Source of the DNA: Octopus sinensis
Taxonomy: Eukaryota
Direction of reading: 5' to 3'
Assembly: GCF_006345805.1 (NCBI RefSeq)
Contig: NC_043004.1
Location: 73,532,001 to 73,596,000 of the forward strand
DNA length: 64,000 bases
In this document: piece after piece, positions 53,765 to 64,000 of the stretch
Layout of the letters: each line of letters opens with the position of its first letter
How positions within the stretch are numbered: the stretch's first letter is position 1
Notes under the pieces: generated by a model
Told to the model about the DNA's origin: nothing
The model's database searches: none
What the model saw: the letters and a program-made list of their open reading frames with translations, nothing else
Position numbers and translations under genes: made by a program

Positions 53765-55326
53765 AATGTGCATGCATACGCATGTGTTTTTGCATTTGTT
53801 TGTATGTATGTATGTATGTATGCATCCATGAATGCATGTAAGTATTGCAATATATATATCGACATAATTTATGCATTTGTGGTCGTGGCTTTGATTGATT
53901 ATTCCTCTTTCTCGCTCCTGCACGCGCACGCACGGATGCGCGCGCGCGCACAATCACTCGCACCTTTCCGTGTATGTGTAGGTACGTGCGCACGTAAAGT
54001 AGATTTGTATAGGAATTCTTCCAAAGTGTTAGTAATGTAATACCTGATCCTGATGAGTCGTTAGTTTTTTTGTTTGTGTGTGTGTGTGTGTATGTGTGTG
54101 TTTGTGAGTGTGTGTGAGTGTGTGTGTGAATGTGAGTGTATGAGTGTGTGTGTATGTGTGTGTGAGTGTGCATGCATGTGTGTATGTGCGTGTGTGTATT
54201 AGTGTGTGTGTGTTTGCGTGAGTGTGTATATGTGCATGTGCATGTGTGAGTATGTATGTATGTGTGTGTGTGTGTATGTCTGTGTGTGTGTGTGTGTTTG
54301 CGTGAGTGTGTGTGAGCGCTGCAAACAGTGCGGGGGTTTCCGTTAATAAATTGTATCTTAGCTTCGTATATATAACTTTCAATCATCCAATTTTTCGCTT
54401 AGAATGTCGAAGTTCCTATCTTAATGACTATTTTGATATCTTTATGACATATCCTATTATATTTGTTGAACAGATGATACAGAATAGCAAGAATATTGGT
54501 AAAGAATATATATTTTTTTAAGCATTCGAAAGTAGGTCCTAATTCCACGGGGGCTCACATTTTTAATCTTCCTCGTAAGAATGAATGTCTTTTGACATGA
54601 ACAATTTTCATTTTGTTGAAATAGAGAGACATATATTTGCTGTCCAATCTTAGGTTCCTGGGTTAACAAACAATAAATTTTATTTATAGATACTGAAATA
54701 AAACACATGTATTTGATGGTCGCGTGTTGTAAACTCAGACGTTACTTCAGGCTGTCTGCACCCCTTTCCTACACCTTGGCCTCTGCTGATACTTCTATTT
54801 CCCTTTGTCCAAAGTTGTGCTTCCCCAAAGGAAACCATTGAAATAATAAACTGAAAGCTGGTAGAAAACCGTTATAACCAACGCGTAGTTAGGAATAGTT
54901 CTCTTTGGTTTTGGTTGGTAATCACCTAAATATCCTGCCTTATTAATAATAGTAAAAAGCATCGGTTAATGATGAGTCGCAATATCGCTCTTGTGAAGCG
55001 GGGATACACTTATTTTCATCAGTTGCTTTTGATAAGATAAACTTGCTCCAGAGTTCAAATACCTCAGGGAATAAAACTTGGCTTAGTACTAGATCAGTGG
55101 TGTTTAATTCATCACTTACTACATCAGGTCTTATGACAGACCTTGGTTATGTTGTAACGTAGGAGAGTAAGCTCTTGAGAAGTATCGCGAGGGCCGCCTT
55201 GTCAAAGTAAATAAGTGCTCGCCAAATTGAATACGCACACACACCCACATACATGCAAACATATACATACACATACATATACGTAAATGTAGGTATTCCT
55301 GTATTCATATATATGTGTGTGTATGC

Positions 55327-55358
<32 letters not shown>

Positions 55359-56124
55359 ATATGTATATATATATGTAATATATGTATATGTATATATATA
55401 TTATATATGTATATTTATATATATATATGTATACATATATACATATACATATATATATAATGTATCAATATATTATATAATATATATATATATATATATA
55501 TATGCATATATACATATGCATTATACATACATATATGTACATACCTACATATATATGTACATATACATGCATATATGGGCACAGGACATTAAAAAAACGT
55601 AGACAAAATGAGAAACGAGAACATAAAAAACAAAAACATAGAAAACGAACTCTTTTCCAACAACGAAAGAAGCAAACAGAGAAACGAGCAGACAACATAA
55701 AGAACCTGCCATACATCAGTTTTATCCACTCCACACGAGAGGAGGATGAAAAGTTCCTGGTTTTAAAGGTGTCGCGAAAGACCTAGTTTGGGGACCATAC
55801 TCAATATGATGTCTTCTGTGACAAGAATTTCAGCTACTCACTGAAATATGTGATGAAAGTCCCTTACCGCTGATCCTTCCATATCATATTCTACTTCCAC
55901 ACTGTAAGGAGATTTCTTTTTTTACCATGCATTGATTGGAGTTCTGGTCTTCGATACTTTTCACGAGACTGTTATATTGGCTATTGCATACTTGAGGCTG
56001 TAGTTCCTTGTCCTTATATGACTTCATTAAGGCTGCCCTCTTCTATCAGCATGTGATAAATTTACCTTGAGCCATTGGCCGCATCGAGGAGGTAATACTG
56101 CTTAGCAAGAACATGTACTTTTAA

Positions 56125-56570
56125 TAGATTCAAATTTTAGTACAAGGCCAGCAATTTTAGGAGAGAGTGGGAAAGTCGATTACATCATGCTCAGAGGTAT
56201 TTATTTTATCGATCCCGAAAGGATGAAAGGGGAAGTCAACTCCGGTGGCATTTGAATTCGGAACATCTAGTTGGAAGAAATGCTGCTCAGCAATTTTTGC
56301 GGTGCAGTAACGATTCTGCCAGCTCGCCACCTTAGCACGTATGTATATTGGTTTCAAATTTTTGGCACAAGGATAGCAATTTCAGGAGAGGTGGTAAGTC
56401 GATTACATCGATCTCAGTACTCAACTGGTGCTTATTTTAACAACCCCGAAAGGATGAGGGGTAAAGTCGACTTTGGCAGAACTTGAACTCAGAACGTAAA
56501 GACGGACGAAATGCCGCCAAGCCTTTTACCCGGCAGATTAACTATTCTAGCAGCTCGCCGTCTTAGCATA
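56125..56570 (-). mobile_element. Two tandem diverged family A SINEs
   Basis: Two CCCGAAAGGATGA..CAGCTCGCC units. Confidence 0.75.
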
Positions 56571-57461
56571 GATTTATATTAAAATTATCACTGACAAGAT
56601 GGAGACCACCTGAATGAGCAGTCGCGGTGTCCAAAATTGGTAGCGCTTTCATCTCATCTACAGGAAGCTCGAGAACTCTTCTTGATATTTATGCGGTGCA
56701 AGTATAAAATGTGAGGAGATATGCATATTCGACCAAGATTTTTAGGAATAGTTATAAAGTTATAATAAAATGTAATTGGTGAAATATTTCTTTCAAAACC
56801 GGCGGATATGCTAACATTTTCACCACCATAAAACTTAAATGGTGCTTACCGTCCTCATTCGAGCAACACAACGTCATAAAAAGTTCCTTGTTTCATTCAA
56901 GACCAAGTGTAAAGACTTTGTTCTTTAGAAAGACTTGGCTATTTTCGGATAGCGGTGACCATTACAAACCAGTTTCAACCTCATTATCGATTTAGCTCTC
57001 CTTCACACTTGATTTAGCCTTTCTTCCAATGGTTCGATTTTCTCGATTAGTGCGGAACCTGCTTCATTAGGAGTAAATTTTATTACTCGGAATAATTAAA
57101 TGGAATCCACTGGTCCATTCATTACTGTTAAAATATTCAACATGGAATATTCCAAATTTCTTTGTTCCTGCTTTGTTCTATGAAATTTCAACCGTTTTCA
57201 GCATTGACAATTCGTGAAAGGCTGAAAATAATATTTGGGGACATCGTTAACTTTACCTTCTGATGCAGATCAAAGATGATAAGATTTGAATTCCTGTTTT
57301 ATGTGAGTCCAAGCAATTATGCACATCTTATTCATTCAACTATTGTTCTCTATAAAGTTATTGGATGCTGAAAATTATTTTATATTGAGCACTCTTAGTT
57401 GTTCTTCTGCGTTTAAATGAATATACACACACATGTGTGAGTGTGTGCATGTGTGTGTACT

Positions 57462-57496
<35 letters not shown>

Positions 57497-58199
57497 GTGT
57501 GTGTGCGTGCGCGCGCGAGTGTGTGCTTAATAAAAATTTAACTCAACTGATGGTGCGGGCGTGTCCAGCACCCACGGAACTTCCCATACACACATGCTCC
57601 AATGTTTATATGCGTATAAAATAGCACAAACGGGACACTGAGGATATAAGACATACAACTGGACAGCGTGAAGGATTATGACAAGTAGACAAAAATTCAG
57701 AAACTGGTAGACAAAATGCAAACACTCTCACACACACACACACACACACATCTATATATATCAGTACATAGACAATGTGCGTTTTGTGGCTATAATGGTA
57801 ATTGACTCTTGTGTATAGCCTTATAGGTGTTACTCTGCACCCTCAGTTACTATAAGTAACAATTGAAGTTTCCCTTCTTGGTTTTGTATTGCCTCCAGCT
57901 GCCTTCGTTATTTTATTACCATTTTGCTGAGTCATCCATTGATTCAGACGGTAAATACTATAGACTGACAGGAAGGATTGAGCTTAACCCTTGGCTTTAA
58001 TTCACAGCGGAACTAGCTTCATAGTACAATGACCTCGCTCGCTGTGGAGCGGTTATCTCCCCTACCAATACATAGACAATAAGGGTCTTTGACTCTTGTT
58101 TTTAGCAATGTAGGCGCTATTCTACACCCTCGGTCACTATTAGTCACAATTGAATTTTTTCCTTTTTGTTTTTTATATTGCGTCTTACCAATTCGTTGT

Positions 58200-58260
<61 letters not shown>

Positions 58261-58536
58261 TATATATAAAAATTTAGCAATAAGGACAACTACTTAATAA
58301 GAAAACTTAACAAGAAATTGTCAGGTAGATAGCGTAAAAACCTCATAAGAGAAAAATTTCGAAAATAATTATTTCTTATTGAACATATTAATTTATATAT
58401 AGAGGGCATTATACATACATGCCAGGAGGCATTCTACATACACGCCAAACGCTAAGAGGGACAATCAGTCTTTCTACCAAAAATATTACTAATCCTACCG
58501 AATGCAATTTTTCAAAGAAAGACATTTAAAATATAT

Positions 58537-58584
58537 AGACCTGTATCACAGTGATTTCATACTTACGTAATCATCAGCAGGCCT
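58537..58584 (-). ncRNA. Minimal type I hammerhead ribozyme (unit 1 of the array)
   Basis: AGGCCUG-CUGAUGA-U-UAC(GUAA)GUA-U-GAA-AUCACUGUGAU-A-CAGGUCU. Confidence 0.75.
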
Positions 58585-60443
58585 GAATATCTATAAATAA
58601 ACAACGACCCTGCTTCGCTTAAGTCGATCAGCTAACTGATCAACATCAACGAAGCACAGGGTGAATTTATATATACATTCCGGATGAATGGCAAACTTTT
58701 ACGAATTGCATTTCGGGAGAGGAAAAGTTTTTTCGGAATAAAAATTTAGCAATTAAGGACAACTACTTAATAAGGAAAACTTAACAAGAAATTGTCAGTA
58801 GATAGCGTAAAAACCTCATAAGAGAAAAAATTTGAAAATAATTATTTCTTATTGAACATATAATTTTATATATAGAGGGCATTATACATACATGCCAGGA
58901 GGCATTCTACATACACGCCATACGCTAAGAGGGACAATCAGTCATTTCTACCAAAAATATTACTATCCTACCGAATGCAATTTTTCAAAGAAAGACATTT
59001 AAAAGATATATAGACCTGTATCACAGTGATTTCATACTTACGTAATCATCAGCAGCCTGAATATACTATAAATAAACAACGACCCTGCTTCGCTTAAGTC
59101 GATCAGCTACTGATCAACATCAACGAAGCACATGGGTGAATTTTATATACTATAGCCGGATGAATGGCAAACTTTTACGAATTGCATTTCGGGAGAGGAA
59201 AAGTTTTTTCGGAATAAAAATTTAGCAATTAAGGACAACTACTTAATAAGGAAAACTTAACAAGAAATTGTCAGGTAGATAGCGTAAAAACCTCATAAGA
59301 GAAAAAATTTCGAAAATAATTATTTCTTATTGAACATATTAATTTATATATAGAGGGCCTTATACATACATGCCAGGAGGCATTCTACATACACGCCATA
59401 CGCTAAGAGGGACAATCATCATTCTACCCAAATCTAAATACCAAATCTACTACCGAATGCAATTTTTCAAAGAAAGACATTTAAAAATATATAGACCTGT
59501 ATCACAGTGATTTCATACTTACGTAATCATCAGCAGGCCTGAATTACTATAAATAAACAACGACCCTGCTTCGCTTAAGTCGATCAGCTAACTGATCAAC
59601 ATCAACGAAGCACATGGGTGAATTTATATATACTATATCCGGATGAATGGCAAACTTTTACGAATTGCATTTCGGGAGAGGAAAGTTTTTTCGGAATAAA
59701 AATTTAGCAATTAAGGACAACTACTTAATAAGGAAAACTTAACAAGAAATTTCAGGTAGATAGCGTAAAAACCTCATAAGAGAACAATTTCGAAAATAAT
59801 TATTCTTATTGAACATATTAATTTATATATAGAGGGCATTATACATACATGCCAGAGGCATTCTACATACACGCATACGCTAAGAGGGACAATCAGTCAT
59901 TTCTACCAAAAATATTACTAATCCTACCGAATGCAATTTTTCAAAGAAAGACATTAAAAATATATAGACCTGTATCACAGTGATTTCATACTTACGTAAT
60001 CATCAGCAGGCCTGAATATACTAAAATAAACCGACCCTGCTTCGCTTAAGTCGATCAGCTAACTGATCAACATCAACGAAGCACATGGGTGAATTTATAT
60101 ATACTATATCCGGATGAATGGCAAACTTTTACGAATTGCATTTCGGGAGAGGAAAAGTTTTTTCGGAATAAAAATTTAGCAATTAAGGACAACTACTTAA
60201 TAAGGAAAACTTAACAAGAAATTGTCAGGTAGATAGCGTAAAAACCTCATAAGAGAAAAAATTTCGAAAATAATTATTTCTTATTGAACATATTAATTTA
60301 TATATAGAGGGCATTATACATACATGCCAGGAGGCATTCTACATACACGCCATACGCTAAGAGGGACAATCAGTCATTTCTACCAAAAATATTACTAATC
60401 CTACCGAATGCAATTTTTCAAAGAAAGACATTTAAAAATATAT

Positions 60444-60491
60444 AGACCTGTATCACAGTGATTTCATACTTACGTAATCATCAGCAGGCCT
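60444..60491 (-). ncRNA. Minimal type I hammerhead ribozyme (unit 5, representative; one per unit)
   Basis: Same sequence as unit 1; predicted cleavage after AUA, between plus coordinates 60451 and 60450. Confidence 0.75.
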
Positions 60492-63400
60492 GAATATACT
60501 ATAAATAAACAACGACCCTGCTTCGCTTAAGTCGATCAGCTAACTGATCAACATCAACGAAGCACATGGGTGAATTTATATATACTATATCCGGATGAAT
60601 GGCAAACTTTTACGAATTGCATTTCGGGAGAGGAAAAGTTTTTTCGGAATAAAAATTTAGCAATTAAGGACAACTACTTAATAAGGAAAACTTAACAAGA
60701 AATTGTCAGGTAGATAGCGTAAAACCTCATAAGAGAAACATTTCGAAAATAATTATTTCTTATTGAACATATTAATTTATATATAGAGGGCATTATACAT
60801 ACATGCCAGGAGGCATTCTACATACACGCCAAACGCTAAGAGGGACAATCAGTCATTTCTACCAAAATATTACTAATCCTACCGAATGCAATTTTTCAAA
60901 GAAAGACATTTAAAATATATAGACCTGTATCACAGTGATTTCATACTTACGTAATCATCAGCAGGCCTGAATACTATAAATAAACAACGACCCTGCTTCG
61001 CTTAAGTCGATCATCTAACTGATCAACATCACGAAGCACATGGGTGAATTTATATATACTATATCCGGATGAATGGCAAACTTTTACGAATTGCATTTCG
61101 GGAGAGGAAAAGTTTTTTCGGAATAAAAATTTAGCAATTAAGGACAACTACTTAATAAGGAAAACTTAACAAGAAATTGTCAGGTAGATAGCGCAAAACC
61201 TCATAAGAGAAAAATTTCGAAAATAATTATTTCTTATTGAACATATTAATTTATATATAGAGGGCATTATACATACATGCCAGGAGGCATTCTACATACA
61301 CGCCATACGCTAAGAGGGACAATCAGTCATTTCTACCAAAAATATTACTAATCCTACCGAATGCAATTTTTCAAAGAAAGACATTTAAAAATATATAGAC
61401 CTGTATCACAGTGATTTCATACTTACGTAATCATCAGCAGGCCTGAATATACTATAAATAAACAACGACCCTGCTTCGCTTAAGTCGATCAGCTAACTGA
61501 TCAACATCAACGAAGCACAGGGTGAATTTATATATACTATATCCGGATGAATGGCAAACTTTTACGAATGCATTTCGGGAGAGGAAAAGTTTTTTCGGAT
61601 AAAATTTAGCAATTAGGACAACTACTTAATAAGGAAAACTTAACAAGAAATTGTCAGGTAGATAGCGTAAAAACCTCATAAGAGAAAAAATTTCGAAAAT
61701 AATTATTTCTTATTGAACATATTAATTTAATATAGAGGGCATTATACATACATGCCAGGAGGCATTCTACATACACGCCATACGCTAAGAGGGACAATCA
61801 GTCATTTCTACCAAAATACTAATCCTACCGAATGCAATTTTTCAAAGAAAGACATTTAAAAATATATAGACCTGTATCACAGTGATTTCATACTTACGTA
61901 ATCATCAGCAGGCCTGAATATACTATAAATAACAACGACCCTGCTTCGCTTAAGTCGATCAGCTAACTGATCAACATCAACGAAGCACATGGGTGAATTT
62001 ATATATACTATATCCGGATGATGGCAAACTTTTACGAATTGCATTTCGGGAGAGGAAAAGTTTTTTCGGAATAAAAATTTAGCAATTAAGGACAACTACT
62101 TAATAAGGAAAACTTAACAAGAATTGTCAGGTAGATAGCGTAAAAACCTCATAAGAGAAACAATTTCGAAAATAATTATTTCTTATTGAACATATTAATT
62201 TATATATATAGAGGGCATTATACATACATGCCAGGAGGCATTCTACATACACGCCATACGCTAAGAGGGACAATCAGTCATTTCTACCAAAAATATTACT
62301 AATCCTACCGAATGCAATTTTTCAAAGAAAGACATTTAAAAATATATAGACCTGTATCACAGTGATTTCATACTTACGTAATCATCAGCAGCCTGAATAT
62401 ACTATAAATAAACAACGACCCTGCTTCGCTTAAGTCGATCAGCTAACTGATCAACATCAACGAAGCACATGGGTGAATTTATATATACTATATCCGGATG
62501 AATGGCAAACTTTTACGAATTGCATTTCGGGAGAGGAAAAGTTTTTTCGGAATAAAAATTTAGCAATTAAGGACAACTACTTAATAAGAAAACTTAACAA
62601 GAAATGTCAGGTAGATAGCGTAAAAACCTCATAAGAGAAAAAATTTCGAAAATAATTATTTCTTATTGAACATATTAATTTATATATAGAGGGCATTATA
62701 CATACATGCCAGGAGGCATTCTACATACACGCCATACGCTAAGAGGGACAATCAGTCATTTCTACCAAAAATTACTAATCCTACCGAATGCAATTTTTCA
62801 AAGAAAGACATTTAAAAATATATAGACCTGTATCACAGTGATTTCATACTACGTAATCATCAGCAGGCCTGAATATACTATAAATAAACAACGACCCTGC
62901 TTCGCTTAAGTCGATCAGCTAACTGATCAACATCAACGAAGCACATGGTGAATTTATATATACTATCCGGATGAATGGCAAACTTTTACGAATTGCATTT
63001 CGGGAGAGGAAAAGTTTTTTCGGAATAAAAATTTAGCAATTAAGGACAACTACTTAATAAGGAAAACTTAACAAGAAATTGTCAGGTAGATAGCGTAAAA
63101 ACCTCATAAGAGAAAAAATTTCGAAAATAATATTTCTTATTGAACATATTAATTTATATATAGAGGGCATTATACATACATGCCAGGAGGCATTCTACAT
63201 ACACGCCATACGCTAAGAGGGACAATCAGTCATTTCTACCAAACAAAAATATTACTAATCCTACCGAATGCAATTTTTCAAAGAAAGACATTTAAAATAT
63301 ATAGACCTGTATCACAGTGATTTCATACTTACGTAATCATCAGCAGGCCTGAATATACTATAAATAAACAACGACCCTGCTTCGCTTAAGTCGATCAGCT

Positions 63401-64000
63401 AACTGATCAACATCAACGAAGCACATGGGTGAATTTATATATACTATATCCGGATGAATGGCAAACTTTTACGAATTGCATTTCGGGAGAGGAAAAGTTT
63501 TTTCGGAATAAAAATTTAGCAATTAAGGACAACTACTTATAAGGAAAACTTAACAAGAAATTGTCAGGTAGATAGCGTAATAACCTCATAAGAGAAAAAA
63601 TTTCGAAAATAATTATTTCTTATTGAACACTATTATTTATATATAGAGGGCATTATACATACATGCCAGGAGGCATTCTACATACACGCCATACGCTAAG
63701 AGGGACAATCAGTCATTTCTACCAAAAAATATACTAATCCTACCGAATGCAATTTTCAAAGAAAGACATTTAAAAATATATAGACCTGTATCACAGTGAT
63801 TTCATACTTACGTAATCATCAGCAGGCCTGAATATACTATAAATAAACAACGACCCTGCTTCGCTTAAGTCGATCAGCTAACTGATCAACATCAACGAAG
63901 CACATGGGTGAATTTATATATACTATATCCGGATGAATGGCAAACTTTTACGAATTGCATTTCGGGAGAGGAAAAGTTTTTTCGGAATAAAAATTAGCAA

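Larger units (their letters stand above)
58268..64000 (-). repeat. Tandem array of ~480-bp units (12 complete, 13th starts at the window edge), each with an HHR; retrozyme-like
   Basis: Unit starts at about 58268, 58740, 59216, 59698, 60170, 60651, 61125, 61601, 62073, 62554, 63027, 63510 and 63989; differences mostly 1-nt indels; array begins directly at a (TA)n tract. Confidence 0.97.

Noticed and set aside
56600-57240. Possible highly decayed Helitron helicase on the minus strand (FYGGENVSISAGF, DESATNF)
   Set aside because: Resemblance too weak and stop-ridden to support without a profile search
58268-64000. CRISPR array, rDNA/5S or histone repeat interpretation of the tandem array
   Set aside because: Whole units are identical with no unique spacers, no recognisable rRNA/snRNA sequence and no ORF; eukaryotic context
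58268-64000. Unit-to-unit variants as biological diversity (e.g. missing G in stem I of units 2 and 9)
   Set aside because: Differences are mostly single-base indels in short runs, typical of long-read consensus error

Overview
AT-rich, gene-poor eukaryotic DNA with extreme microsatellite density. The SINE and microsatellite content is most consistent with an octopus (coleoid cephalopod) genome; this is an inference from the repeat landscape. No intact host gene is visible, and nearly all listed ORFs are translations of simple repeats or SINEs. The window holds at least four tRNA-derived SINE families, decayed Helitron, R4/Dong-like, RTE, pogo/Tigger and mariner fragments, and an ORF1-only (gag-knuckle) retroelement inserted in a SINE with a perfect 13-bp TSD. 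The main hidden signal is a set of type I hammerhead-ribozyme (HHR) motifs in short non-coding elements anchored in (TA)n tracts. The last 5.7 kb is a tandem array of at least 12 near-identical ~480-bp units, each with one minus-strand minimal HHR with a palindromic stem III (retrozyme/Penelope-like architecture). At least five further HHR-like motifs of unrelated sequence are dispersed through the window. One has an intact core inside a 145-bp inverted repeat and one has a natural G3-C8 core swap. All RNA folds were parsed by eye and are untested.
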